NCBI GenBank assembly: GCA_022793655.1
Contig: JAAWDG010000001.1
Location: 59,252 to 123,251, forward strand
DNA: 64,000 bases
From: Clostridiales bacterium
GTDB taxonomy: Bacteria > Bacillota > Clostridia > Oscillospirales > CAG-272
Direction: 5' to 3'
Of the stretch, positions 35,504-45,870 are shown piece after piece. The notes under the pieces were generated by a model. It made no database searches. It saw only the letters and a program-made list of their open reading frames with translations, and was not told the origin of the DNA. The first letter of the stretch is position 1; each line of letters starts with the position of its first letter. Position numbers and translations under genes: made by a program.

Positions 35504-35563
35504 AAAGATTGTCTTGTCACCCATTAGGGTGACATTCCGGCAGCGCCGGAAACACCAATCTTT
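35504..35563 (+). repeat. three-way-junction-forming module
   Basis: AAAGATTG [TCTTGTCACCC-ATTA-GGGTGACA] [TTCCGGC-AGC-GCCGGAA] ACAC CAATCTTT. Confidence 0.6.
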
Positions 35564-35723
35564 CCGGTTTGCTAAAACTTTATCATATAATAAAACAAAT
35601 CGAAGATTTATTTTTACCCTTGCATCATTTGCCGGAGGTACCGGCATCGCATAGATTCCTTTATTAATTAAGGAAAACTTTTTTACAAAAACTCCAAAAT
35701 GCTCATAAGAGGAGATGAAATTT

Positions 35724-36686
35724 ATGCCGGCACAACAAAGAAGAACCCCTCCTGCAAACAGGCCAAGGAATAGCGGGAATAATAGAAATAATAGAAACAG
35801 CAGAAATAGCAGGAACAGCAGCGCGCGTTCCCGCCGCCGAAAGGCACGTCCTATTTATTTAAGGCTTGGCTTTTGGATTGCCGTTTGCGTTTTAATCTTG
35901 CTCATTGTTTTGATTACCAAGGGACTGAATCGGGAACGCATCGACGCCAGCCAAGAGGGGAGTTCAGATTCCTCTTCCGCGGCGGCTGCGAATCCGACCG
36001 GCGGCGCTTCGGTGGAGCCTTCCGCCGGACAGCCTTTGGCAACCCTGCCGAGCAGCGGGGCGGCCACGCAGCCCTCTTCGAGCGCCGGCAAAGCGACCGA
36101 ACCGTCTAAATCATCGGGCGGGCAAGCGACTGCCCCCGTCTTGTCGGGCTATATCGAGACGCGGGATGTTTCGGCCGGCAATTACAAAATCGGGGTGGAT
36201 ATTCCGGCCGGCACGGTGGACATCGCCGCGGTTTCGGGACATGGCAACTTAGCAACTTCGGATGGGGCTTTGGCGCTCTCGAACTTCAGCGGGAACGATA
36301 GCAACAAGAAAAACGGAGTGGCTTTGGCCGACGGCGCCTATTTGACCGTTTCGGGCAGCTTAAAGATAAAGATTCAATATACGACCACGCCGCAGATTGA
36401 CGAGCAGAGCGAGAAGGGCGCCGCTGTGTATACCTTGGCCGGCGGTTTGTCATCCGATTTTGCCATAGGCAAGGATTTGCCGTCAGGCGTTTACAATATT
36501 TCGGTGCTTGCGGGCTATGGCGAGGTAGTGACCTCGGACGCGGACAGCGGTACGGGCATCAGCGGCATGATGGGTCTTGCCGACGGCGGCGATAATTATC
36601 AGCAGAGCGCGGGCGGTATTGTGCTGAACGATGGCGTAACCCTGACGGTGCGCAACTGCACCATTACCCTCACGAAGGTTGGATAA
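35724..36686 (+). CDS. hypothetical membrane-anchored protein with an Arg/Asn/Ser-rich N-terminus and two repeated beta-rich C-terminal modules
   Basis: The RBS AGAGGAG abuts ATG 35715, so ATG 35724 is preferred. One TM helix (LGFWIAVCVLILLIVLI), a Ser/Ala/Pro linker, and an internal repeat (...IGVDIPAGTVDIAAVSGHGNLATSD / ...IGKDLPSGVYNISVLAGYGEVVTSD). Confidence 0.7.
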   Translation: MPAQQRRTPPANRPRNSGNNRNNRNSRNSRNSSARSRRRKARPIYLRLGFWIAVCVLILLIVLITKGLNRERIDASQEGSSDSSSAAAANPTGGASVEPSAGQPLATLPSSGAATQPSSSAGKATEPSKSSGGQATAPVLSGYIETRDVSAGNYKIGVDIPAGTVDIAAVSGHGNLATSDGALALSNFSGNDSNKKNGVALADGAYLTVSGSLKIKIQYTTTPQIDEQSEKGAAVYTLAGGLSSDFAIGKDLPSGVYNISVLAGYGEVVTSDADSGTGISGMMGLADGGDNYQQSAGGIVLNDGVTLTVRNCTITLTKVG

Positions 36687-36713
36687 GAATAACCCTGGGG
36701 GGTTATTCTTAAG

Positions 36714-36769
36714 AAATTTAACTGGCCGCGCGCTGCGCGACCTGCCGATAAACCGGCACCGTTAAATTT
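36714..36769 (+). repeat. three-way-junction-forming module (distal copy upstream of the aconitase-family gene)
   Basis: AAATTTAAC ... two hairpins ... GTTAAATTT. Preceded by the hairpin aagaataacccNNggggttattctt. Confidence 0.55.
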
Positions 36770-36826
36770 CAAGGCAGCTGAAACGTTATTGCATCGATAA
36801 GAATAAGCCTTGCGGCTTATTCTTAA

Positions 36827-36876
36827 AAAGTTTATCTTTTCGCTTAGTCAAGCGAAATGCCAGCTTCGCAGGCACC
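36827..36876 (+). repeat. three-way-junction-forming module (proximal copy)
   Basis: AAAGTTTATC [TTTTCGCTT-AGTC-AAGCGAAA] [TGCCAGCTTCGCAGGCA] CC GATAAACTTT, then ACGGTAGCTGAAACTTTATGATACAAG. Confidence 0.55.
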
Positions 36877-36978
36877 GATAAACTTTACGGTAGCTGAAAC
36901 TTTATGATACAAGAAAAGCAGGTCTTTGGCCTGTTTTAGATGCTAATAAATTATATAGGATGAGAAAGGGAGAAACAA

Positions 36979-39219
36979 ATGACAGAGATCATGCAGGGCG
37001 GCGTATTTTATGAAAATGGCAAACTGGTTCGCCAGAGTACCGTTTCGGCTGAGGAGGCCAGAAAAAACACGATGGCGTATCGAATTTTGCAAGCGCACAA
37101 TACGTCTGGCAAAGAAGATAAATGTAAAATCAAATTCGACGCCATGGCGTCGCACGATATTACCTATGTGGGCATTATTCAAACGGCAAGAGCCAGCGGA
37201 CTGCGCGAGTTTCCGCTGCCTTATGTGCTGACCAACTGCCACAACAGCTTGTGCGCCGTTGGCGGAACGATTAACGAGGACGACCACGTGTTTGGCCTTT
37301 CGGCGGCCCAAAAATACGGCGGCATCTATGTGCCGGCGCATCAGGCGGTCATTCACTCGTTTATGCGGGAGACCATGACTGGCTGCGGCCGTATGATTTT
37401 AGGCTCCGACAGCCACACCCGCTATGGGGCGCTGGGCACCATGGCCATTGGCGAGGGCGGACCCGAATTGGTTAAACAGCTGTTAGGCCGGACCTATGAC
37501 ATCGATTTGCCCGAGGTTGTGGCAGTTTATTTGACCGGCAAGCCAAATGCTGGTGTTGGCCCGCAGGACGTGGCCCTTGCGCTGATTGGCGCAACCTTTG
37601 CGTCGGGCTTTGTGAAAAACAAGGTGCTTGAGTTTATTGGGGACGGCATTTCGTCGCTGCCTATCGAATACCGGAACGGCATTGACGTGATGACGACCGA
37701 AACCACCTGTTTAAGTTCCATTTGGCAGACCGATGAGGCAACAAAAGCCTATTATCAAAACCATGGACGGGAAGAGGATTACGCGCCCCTTTCGGTACAA
37801 GGCACCGCCTATTATGACGGCGCGGTGGTCATTGACCTTAGCAAAGTGAAACCGATGATTGCCCTGCCTTTCCATCCGAGCAATGTATATACTATCAAGG
37901 AACTGAACGAGAACGCGGCGGATATCCTGCGTGAGGTAGAAAAGAAGGCGGCTGAACAGTTAGATAACAAAGAGTTGCGCCTGGGTCTTGTTGATAAATT
38001 GACAAAAGACGGCAAAATACAGGTCGAGCAAGGAGTTATCGCGGGCTGTGCCGGCGGTATTTATGATAACTTAGTGGCCGCAGCGGATATTCTGCGGGGC
38101 AAGAGCATTGGCAACGGTGCGTTCGCGCTGTCGGTTTACCCGGCCTCGGCGCCTGTAGCCCTGGAGCTTATGCGTAATGGTACCACGGCCGACTTGATGG
38201 CGGCTGGCGCTACCATGCGGACGGCCTTTTGCGGACCCTGCTTCGGTGCAGGGGATGTGCCGGCAAACGGCGGCCTTTCCATTCGTCATTCCACCCGTAA
38301 TTTCCCGAACCGGGAGGGAAGCAAGCCGGCGAACGGTCAAATTGCGTCGGTGGCGCTGATGGATGCACGTTCGATTGCGGCGACTGCTGCAAACGGCGGT
38401 GTGCTGACGCCGGCCGACGAGATCGAAGTGACCTATACCAACAAACCTTATCATTTTGATGATGAGATATACGCGAACCGGGTATACTATGGATACGGCA
38501 AGGCGCAGCCTGAGGCGGCCTTACATTTTGGTCCGAATATTGCCGACTGGCCGGAGATGATTCCGTTAGCTGACAATCTGCTTATGAAGGTGGTTGCGGA
38601 AATCCATGACCCGGTGACGACAACTGATGAGTTAATTCCTTCGGGTGAGACTTCTTCCTATCGCTCGAATCCCATGAAATTGGCCGAGTTTACCTTGTCG
38701 CGCAAGGTGCCTGCTTATGTGGAACGGGCTAAAGACGTGTATGAATGGGAGAAAGCGCGCCGTGCGGGACAAACGCCGGATGAATTAAAGGAAATTTATG
38801 CACAGATTCAGGCCATGGGCGGCGATGATCCGCTTTCCATTCAAATTGGCAGTGTGATTTATGCAAACAAGCCGGGCGATGGTTCGGCGCGTGAGCAGGC
38901 GGCCTCTTGCCAGCGGGTTCTGGGGGGCAGCGCCAATGTGGCCAAGGAGTATGCGACCAAGCGCTATCGGAGCAATTTGATTAACTGGGGCATGCTGCCG
39001 TTTTTGCTCCAAGATGAACTTTCTTTCGCTGACGGCGATTATCTGTATCTGCCCGGCGTCAGAGAGGCGCTGGCGAACAAGAGCAGCACGTTTAAAGGAT
39101 ATGTTGTGAAGGCAGACGGCTGCACGCCGATTACGTTAAAAATGGATGAGCTCACCGACGATGAGCGGGAAATCGTTTTGGCGGGCTGTCTTATCAACTA
39201 TTATCGGTCGAACCAATAA
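36979..39219 (+). CDS. aconitase-family hydratase (probable aconitate hydratase)
   Basis: [21 protein letters not shown] and [10 protein letters not shown] correspond to the aconitase Fe-S ligand and active-site motifs. 746 aa. AAAGGGAG RBS. Confidence 0.85.
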   Translation: MTEIMQGGVFYENGKLVRQSTVSAEEARKNTMAYRILQAHNTSGKEDKCKIKFDAMASHDITYVGIIQTARASGLREFPLPYVLTNCHNSLCAVGGTINEDDHVFGLSAAQKYGGIYVPAHQAVIHSFMRETMTGCGRMILGSDSHTRYGALGTMAIGEGGPELVKQLLGRTYDIDLPEVVAVYLTGKPNAGVGPQDVALALIGATFASGFVKNKVLEFIGDGISSLPIEYRNGIDVMTTETTCLSSIWQTDEATKAYYQNHGREEDYAPLSVQGTAYYDGAVVIDLSKVKPMIALPFHPSNVYTIKELNENAADILREVEKKAAEQLDNKELRLGLVDKLTKDGKIQVEQGVIAGCAGGIYDNLVAAADILRGKSIGNGAFALSVYPASAPVALELMRNGTTADLMAAGATMRTAFCGPCFGAGDVPANGGLSIRHSTRNFPNREGSKPANGQIASVALMDARSIAATAANGGVLTPADEIEVTYTNKPYHFDDEIYANRVYYGYGKAQPEAALHFGPNIADWPEMIPLADNLLMKVVAEIHDPVTTTDELIPSGETSSYRSNPMKLAEFTLSRKVPAYVERAKDVYEWEKARRAGQTPDELKEIYAQIQAMGGDDPLSIQIGSVIYANKPGDGSAREQAASCQRVLGGSANVAKEYATKRYRSNLINWGMLPFLLQDELSFADGDYLYLPGVREALANKSSTFKGYVVKADGCTPITLKMDELTDDEREIVLAGCLINYYRSNQ

Positions 39220-39243
39220 AAATGATGTGAAACGAGAAAAACC

Positions 39244-40023
39244 ATGTTACATGTAGAACTTCTTACTTATACGCCCGATGCCGAAAGGGTGGTGGCTGCG
39301 GCGGCGAAACTCTGCTATGCAAAGAGCGATATTCCAACCCTGATGGAGGGGCTGACGCCCGAAAAAACCGACAGCTTTTTGGCCTTCCTTTCTTCGCTGG
39401 GGCATGAAAGTCCGGTGGAGCATGCTTCGTTTACGTTTGGGGTGGATGGGGTATCCCGTGCGCTGCTGGCCCAACTCACCAGACACCGCATTGCTTCGTT
39501 CTCGGTGCAGAGCCAGCGCTATGTGGACAAAAGCAGTTTTACCTATGTGGTGCCGCCTGAGATTGAGGCTATTCCGGAAGCGAAAGCCGAGTTTATCAAA
39601 GCGATGGAAGAGGACGCAGCCCATTATGAATCATTGAAGCAAACGCTTTGGCAAGCGCATACCAAGCGGCTGACCGAGCAGGGCATGGAACCCAAAGAGG
39701 CCGAAAAGGCTGCTGAAAAGATGGCGAATGAAGACGCCCGGTTTATCTTGCCGAATGCATGTGAAACAAGGTTAATTGTTACCATGAATGTGCGTTCTCT
39801 TTATCATTTTTTCAATCTTCGCTGCTGCCAGCGCGCGCAGTGGGAGATTCGTGAGTTGGCTTGGCGGATGCTGGCCGAAGTGAAGCGGGTCAGCCCGACG
39901 TTGTTTCGTGTGGCGGGGCCTTCCTGCGTTAGCGGGGCGTGTCCGGAAGGGAAGATGTCTTGCGGCCGGATGGCCGAAATGCGCGAACGTGCCGAGGCGC
40001 TTGGCCAAACAGACAAGGCATAA
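39244..40023 (+). CDS. thyX: FAD-dependent thymidylate synthase
   Basis: The ThyX signature RHRIASFSVQSQRY is present. Confidence 0.9.
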   Translation: MLHVELLTYTPDAERVVAAAAKLCYAKSDIPTLMEGLTPEKTDSFLAFLSSLGHESPVEHASFTFGVDGVSRALLAQLTRHRIASFSVQSQRYVDKSSFTYVVPPEIEAIPEAKAEFIKAMEEDAAHYESLKQTLWQAHTKRLTEQGMEPKEAEKAAEKMANEDARFILPNACETRLIVTMNVRSLYHFFNLRCCQRAQWEIRELAWRMLAEVKRVSPTLFRVAGPSCVSGACPEGKMSCGRMAEMRERAEALGQTDKA

Positions 40024-40627
40024 CGCTTGAACGGCTCTATCGAATCGAGTCATGCGGCGCGGGTGAAGATATTATTTGTCTAAAAGATAATCATCTGTTT
40101 GCGGCAATTTGATTGATGTTAAAAGGATGGGATTAAAATCCCATCCTTATTTTTGTTTCAAAGAATTGGCGTTTATGAATGCTGAAAATGGCTTTGATTT
40201 GTGTGAACATAAGACGCGGGCAAAATGGTGTGGTGCGATGTCGCCAGGCAAGTTTCTCTAATCTTAATTGTAGCGAGTTACCGTAAAACAAGCGGCGTTT
40301 GTGCAACTTGTATAATTGTAAAAAATTTCGGTCGAATTTTGTGCAAACGTGACAAAAAACAAGATGTGAATAAATTAAGAAAAGAAACGCAATATTGTTA
40401 ATAACATAACAAAGTTAACAAAAAGAGTGCAATTCTGTTTAAATTACACAAAATGTACAATTGATTTCATACACAATCACTAAATATAGGTAGGGCGAAA
40501 AACAAAAGCTTTTTGTCAAACGCAGGAGCTTTTTGAAGGACGAGCGGTGTAAAAATGAACATTGTTAAATAATTGGCAATAAAAGAGGTTTCTCCTTGTC
40601 CGCTAAGGGCCTGCATGCGTTTTTTTG

Positions 40628-40657
40628 TTGACAGAGGGAGTGAAATTGTGCTATAAT
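40628..40657 (+). promoter_or_regulatory. candidate promoter of the sugar-uptake locus
   Basis: TTGACA (40628-40633), an 18-nt spacer ending in TGC, then TATAAT (40652-40657). About 125 nt upstream of the binding-protein gene. Confidence 0.55.
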
Positions 40658-40786
40658 TTGTATGCAAGTAAATACGGTGACGTAAGACGGTTGTTTAGAA
40701 AGGTCTAAACAGCGTCTTTTTGTGCGTTATGCGCAAAAACAGACCCGAATACGATACAAAACTCTTTCGGTAGGAGGAAAATGATA

Positions 40787-43700
40787 ATGAACAAATCGCA
40801 TGGAGTAAGGTTTATTGCTATGCTTTTGGCGGCTGTGACCCTGCTGGCAGGTTTCTCGTTTGTCGTTTCGGCAGATGAGACAACAGAGCAGGATCGCGCT
40901 GAAAATGTAGCGGATCTTACAGAATTGCTGTCGGCGATCAAATATTCGTCATATCTGATCAGGCATCAGGATGTGCCGAACGCTGATCAAACGGTGACCA
41001 TCGATGCGACGGCTTTTTCGGCAGACGACACAACCGCTGCTATTGGCAGTGGGGAGGACCAGGTCCGTGTTGTCCGGTATGCCGATATGGATGGTGAAGG
41101 CAATTATAAAGCCGGTACCGAGAAAGAGGGCATTTACTGTCCTACAAATGGCGCGGTCGGCTGGAAGATTAACGTGCCTAAAACGGGTATGTATTCAATT
41201 TCGATTGAATATTATCCGGTAGAGGGTAAATCGTCATCGATTGAGCGTACGCTGTATATAGACGGCGCGGTGCCTTTTTATGAGGCGCGCTTCTTGACCT
41301 GCTCTAAGGTATGGTCTGATGAGTACAGCGATGAATACAATGGAACAAGAGACAACTCTTTTAAACAAGATATTAATGGAAATGAGATTAAACCGGGCAA
41401 AATGCAGACCCCGAGTTGGAGAACCTATGAGTTCATCGATTCAACCGGTTTTTATACAGATCCTTTCCAATTTTATTTAGAAGAGGGCACTCACGTTCTT
41501 CAGTTAGAGGCGAGAAGAGAAGCCTATGCGATTAAGTCAATCACGCTGCATCCGATTGAGAACTTGAAATCCTATGAGGATTATCTGAATCAATACAGCG
41601 AGAGCGATTATGTTTCGGCTGAGGCGATTGAATCTGCACAGCCGGATGGCGAGGGCGTTATTAAGATTGAAGCAGAGCTTGTCCATCAGACGTCGGATAT
41701 GTCTATTTATCCGAAATATGATAAGAGCAGCGCGATTACCAGCCCGCAGAGTTCTTCTAAAATTATATTAAACTCGATTGGCGGCGAACAGCAGTGGACC
41801 ACGGTGGGCCAATGGGCCAGCTGGAAGGTAACGGTGCCGAAAGCGGGTCTCTATAAAATAGCGCTCCGCTTTAAACAGGGGTCAGACGCCGGACTCTTTT
41901 CCTCTCGTCAGATTAAAGTAAATGGAAAGATTCCGTTTGACGAGGCGAAGTATTTACAGTTCAGCTCGGGCGATTCCTGGCAGTCGGCTTATTTAAATGA
42001 TGGTTCGGATGAAAATGCCGAAGGATTCCTTTTCTATTTGGAAGAGGGCGAAAACATCATTGAACTTGAAGCTGTTTTCGGCAATATGGCGGACATATTG
42101 GTGCGGCTCAACGCAGCGCTCAGCATCATCAACCGCGCATATATTGATATTTTAATGATTACCGGTACAAAGCCGGATAAGGATACTGACTACAACTTTT
42201 ACAAATTGATTCCGGGTACCATTGACAATTTGGCGGCTATGTCGGATGAATTGTATGATATTGCTGATCAGTTAGCTGAGATTTCCGGTAAAAGCCAAAA
42301 TACGGCTACGCTGGAAACGGTGGCGCGTCTGCTCTATAAAATGGGCCACAAAGAAGACGACGTTGCTAAAAACCTGAACAATCTGAAAAACAATATTGGT
42401 ACACTGGGTACATGGATTCAGACGGCGATGAAACAACCCCTTGAAATTGATTATATTCAAATTCAAGGCGCTGATTCGGGCAAAAAACAACTGCCTAAGG
42501 CGAAAGACGGCTTTTTCCAGTCAATTGGTTTTGAGCTTGCGCAGTTCGGTCTCTCCTTTACTTCAGATTTTAATACATTAGGTGCCTTAGAGGATGTGCC
42601 CGAGGAGGATACGGTTGTTGTTTGGACGACATCCGGCCGTGACCAGGCGCAGATTATCAGAACTTTGGCAAACAATGAGTTTACGCCAAACACGGGCATT
42701 AATGTATCCTTAAAATTAGTTGCTGCGGGCTCACTGCTTCCTTCTATTTTAGCAGGGGTTGGGCCGGATGTTTCGATGGATACGACCAGTTCGGATGTAA
42801 TTAACTGGGCGATTCGAGATGCGGTCATAGGCCTAAATGATTTTGAGGGCTTTGACGAAATTACCAGTGAATTTCCTGCTGCGGCGTTGGTGCCCCTGAC
42901 GCTGTATACAGATGATATCTATGGGTATAATGCTGAGAATGACGGGCCAATCCCAGAAGACAGGGTGAAGGCCACCACCTATGCACTGCCGCAGACATTG
43001 TCTTTCTATATGATGTTTTACCGTGCGGATATTCTGCAAAGCTTAGGCGTATCCGTGCCAAAAACTTGGGACGATGTGTATGCGCTGCTGCCGATTTTGC
43101 AGAACAACCAAATGCAGGCAGCCCTGCCGATTGCTTTGGCGGGCGAAAATCTGTTCTTGTATCAGATGAAAGATACAAACGCTTCGTTCCGCGATGGTTT
43201 GTATGCGGATAACGGCCGGCGAATCAATTTGGATTCCAATGTGGCGCTCGAAGCATTTGATGAACTTTGCTCTATGTTTACGCAGTATCGTTTGCCGGTT
43301 ACCTATGATTTTGCGAACCGGTTTAGAACAGGTGAAATTCCAATCGGTATAGTGGATTATACCGTGTATACACAGCTGAGCGTTTTCGCACCCGAGATCA
43401 AGGGCTTGTGGGACTTTGTTCCGCTGCCAGGCTGGGAAGATGAGAACGGAAATATCAATAACACAGCGGTTGCCACGGTGACGGGTATGATCATGCCCCG
43501 AGGCAATCGAACCGAAGAAAAAGAACGCAACGCGTGGGAATATATGAAATGGTTTGTCAGCGCGGAGACACAGTCCAGCTATGCCAATGAATATTCGGCA
43601 GTGCTTGGTTCAGACACAAAAGCGAATACGGCCAACACCAAGGCGCTTGCTGATTTGCCATGGACGACGGATGAATATACCAGCCTGATGGCGCAGTTTA

Positions 43701-43921
43701 ATCATTTGACAGCTGTTCCCGAGTATCCGGGCGGTTATATCGTTACCCGTTTTGTTGAATCGGCTTTCATGGAAGCATATAACGACAATGCTTCTCCTGT
43801 GACTTCTATGCTGAATCGTATTACGGATATTAATAAAGAAATTTCGAGAAAACGAGAAGAGTTTGATCTTGATTTCTATGAAATTTCATATGCTTCCAAC
43901 TTTACGGAAAGCGCAGAATAA
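40787..43921 (+). CDS. giant extracellular solute-binding protein with two N-terminal carbohydrate-binding-like modules
   Basis: Signal peptide/anchor FIAMLLAAVTLLAGFSFVVSADE. Two repeated modules (...WKINVPKTGMYSISIEYYP... / ...WKVTVPKAGLYKIALRFKQ...). The C-terminal half resembles family-1 sugar-binding proteins. Adjacent to permease genes. Confidence 0.75.
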   Translation: MNKSHGVRFIAMLLAAVTLLAGFSFVVSADETTEQDRAENVADLTELLSAIKYSSYLIRHQDVPNADQTVTIDATAFSADDTTAAIGSGEDQVRVVRYADMDGEGNYKAGTEKEGIYCPTNGAVGWKINVPKTGMYSISIEYYPVEGKSSSIERTLYIDGAVPFYEARFLTCSKVWSDEYSDEYNGTRDNSFKQDINGNEIKPGKMQTPSWRTYEFIDSTGFYTDPFQFYLEEGTHVLQLEARREAYAIKSITLHPIENLKSYEDYLNQYSESDYVSAEAIESAQPDGEGVIKIEAELVHQTSDMSIYPKYDKSSAITSPQSSSKIILNSIGGEQQWTTVGQWASWKVTVPKAGLYKIALRFKQGSDAGLFSSRQIKVNGKIPFDEAKYLQFSSGDSWQSAYLNDGSDENAEGFLFYLEEGENIIELEAVFGNMADILVRLNAALSIINRAYIDILMITGTKPDKDTDYNFYKLIPGTIDNLAAMSDELYDIADQLAEISGKSQNTATLETVARLLYKMGHKEDDVAKNLNNLKNNIGTLGTWIQTAMKQPLEIDYIQIQGADSGKKQLPKAKDGFFQSIGFELAQFGLSFTSDFNTLGALEDVPEEDTVVVWTTSGRDQAQIIRTLANNEFTPNTGINVSLKLVAAGSLLPSILAGVGPDVSMDTTSSDVINWAIRDAVIGLNDFEGFDEITSEFPAAALVPLTLYTDDIYGYNAENDGPIPEDRVKATTYALPQTLSFYMMFYRADILQSLGVSVPKTWDDVYALLPILQNNQMQAALPIALAGENLFLYQMKDTNASFRDGLYADNGRRINLDSNVALEAFDELCSMFTQYRLPVTYDFANRFRTGEIPIGIVDYTVYTQLSVFAPEIKGLWDFVPLPGWEDENGNINNTAVATVTGMIMPRGNRTEEKERNAWEYMKWFVSAETQSSYANEYSAVLGSDTKANTANTKALADLPWTTDEYTSLMAQFNHLTAVPEYPGGYIVTRFVESAFMEAYNDNASPVTSMLNRITDINKEISRKREEFDLDFYEISYASNFTESAE

Positions 43922-43981
43922 TGACATCGGCGGGAGGGAGGCTCCCTCCCCCAAGAAATAAACAGAAGGAGAGATTTCAAA

Positions 43982-44974
43982 ATGGCAAAAGACATAGCTG
44001 TTCCCGCAGATGAAATGACGGGAAAAGCCAATAAGCCTAAAGAAAATAAGAAGCCGGTGTCCAGAAAAGACATGTCAAGACTGCAATGGACGTGGAAAGA
44101 GATTAAGCGGAACAAAACGGCTTATTTCTTAGTGGCGCCTTTTATGCTTATATTCTTTGTATTTACGGTTGTGCCGGTTTTTGTCTCAATTGGGCTTAGC
44201 TTAACTGACTTTAATATGCTGCAAGTGCCGGACTTTATATTCTTAGATAACTATATCACGTTGTTCTTGGACGATGATTTGTTTATCAAGGCGCTGCAGA
44301 ACACGCTCATTTTCGCAGCGATTACCGGACCGGTTTCTTACATATTATCTTTTGTGGTTGCTTGGTTTATCAATGAGCTGCCGCCGAAATTCAGAGCGCT
44401 GGTTACGCTTGTGTTCTATGCACCGTCTATTTCGGGCATGGTGTATACCATTTGGGCGACCATTCTTTCAGGTGACTCTTATGGATGGGTCAATGGATTT
44501 TTGTTAAATACCGGTATTGTTACCGAGCCTATTCAGTTCTTTAAAAATGTTGATTATTGTATGCCATGCTGCATTATTGTTGCTTTGTGGACATCGCTTG
44601 GAACGGCGTTCTTATCCTTTATCGCCGGTTTGCAGGTAGTAGACCGCAGCCTTTATGAAGCGGGCGCTGTGGACGGTGTTAAAAACCGTTGGCAGGAACT
44701 CTGGTACATTACCCTGCCGGTTATGAAGAGCCAGTTGATGTTCGGTGCCATCATGGCGATTACGACTTCGTTTGGTTTCGGCGCGGTCGTGGATGCCTTA
44801 GCAGGCAACCCGTCTGTCGACTATTGTGCATGGACGCTCACCCACCATTTAGCAGACTATGGTAACAGCCGTTTTGAGGTTGGTTATTCCTCGGCGATTG
44901 CGGTGGTGTTGTTTGCACTGATGTTTGGTTCTAACCTGTTAGTTAATAAATTGCTTAGTAAGCTGGGACAGTGA
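43982..44974 (+). CDS. ABC sugar transporter permease (MalF/UgpA-like), pair 1
   Basis: Six TM segments with an EAA-loop region YEAGAVDGVKNRWQELWYITLP. Confidence 0.88.
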   Translation: MAKDIAVPADEMTGKANKPKENKKPVSRKDMSRLQWTWKEIKRNKTAYFLVAPFMLIFFVFTVVPVFVSIGLSLTDFNMLQVPDFIFLDNYITLFLDDDLFIKALQNTLIFAAITGPVSYILSFVVAWFINELPPKFRALVTLVFYAPSISGMVYTIWATILSGDSYGWVNGFLLNTGIVTEPIQFFKNVDYCMPCCIIVALWTSLGTAFLSFIAGLQVVDRSLYEAGAVDGVKNRWQELWYITLPVMKSQLMFGAIMAITTSFGFGAVVDALAGNPSVDYCAWTLTHHLADYGNSRFEVGYSSAIAVVLFALMFGSNLLVNKLLSKLGQ

Positions 44975-44984
44975 GGAGGAGGAA

Positions 44985-45860
44985 ATGGCTAAGAAAATTC
45001 GTATCAGAAAACATTCCGTTGTCCTCAACCGTTCCAGAGGGGGCGATTTAGGAATCGGAATTATGCTTACCATCATGGGCGCCTTTATGTTTTTGCCCAT
45101 GTTGTATGCAATTCTTCAATCTTTAAAGCCGCTTGATGAGCTGTGGATGTTCCCGCCGCGCTTCTTCGTGGTGAACCCTACCTTTAAAAACTATACCGAC
45201 CTCTTTCGGTTGATGAACACATCCTGGGTGCCTTTTTCGAGATATCTTTTCAACACGGTGTTTATCTCGGTGGCAGGTACGTTTGGTAACTTGATTTTGT
45301 CTTCGATGGCGGCTTATGCGCTTTCCAAGATTAAATTCCCAGGACGCGGATGGATGTTCCAGATGGTCGTCCTTTCGCTGATGTTTAATGCAACGGCTGC
45401 GTCCATTGCAAACTTTATTGCCATGAGCCTTCTTGGCTGGGTTGACACTTATTGGTCGATTATTGTGCCGGCTTGGGGTTCAACGCTGGGTCTTTACTTA
45501 ATGAAACAGTTTATGGAGACGGCCGTGGCCGATACGGTGCTGGAATCAGCAAGACTGGACGGCTGCAGCGAGTTTACAACCTTCTTGAAAATCGCCATGC
45601 CGATGGTTAAACCGGCTTGGCTGACTCTGATTGTTTATTCGTTCCAAGGACTGTGGAACACGGGTGCTTCTATTTATATCTATTCAGAGGAACTCAAGAC
45701 GTTCAGCTATGCAATCAGCCAGATTCTTTCGGGCGGTATTGTCAGAGCCGGCGCCGGCGCTGCGTCTACGGTGGTGATGATGATTGTGCCGATTGTGGTG
45801 TTTGTCATTACACAAAGTAATATCATTGAGACGATGGCATCGTCCGGTATGAAGGACTAA
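44985..45860 (+). CDS. ABC sugar transporter permease (MalG/UgpE-like), pair 1
   Basis: EAA-loop region LESARLDGCSEFTTFLKIAMP. Polytopic. Confidence 0.88.
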   Translation: MAKKIRIRKHSVVLNRSRGGDLGIGIMLTIMGAFMFLPMLYAILQSLKPLDELWMFPPRFFVVNPTFKNYTDLFRLMNTSWVPFSRYLFNTVFISVAGTFGNLILSSMAAYALSKIKFPGRGWMFQMVVLSLMFNATAASIANFIAMSLLGWVDTYWSIIVPAWGSTLGLYLMKQFMETAVADTVLESARLDGCSEFTTFLKIAMPMVKPAWLTLIVYSFQGLWNTGASIYIYSEELKTFSYAISQILSGGIVRAGAGAASTVVMMIVPIVVFVITQSNIIETMASSGMKD

Positions 45861-45870
45861 GGGGGTAAAA

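Noticed and set aside
40060-40780. ORFs 40467-40667(-) and 40705-40941(-) in the 700-bp AT-rich region upstream of the transporter locus. The region was also considered as a possible ncRNA.
   Set aside because: The ORFs lack an RBS and overlap the predicted promoter and signal-peptide region. I could not identify any conserved structured motif, so only the promoter candidate is reported.
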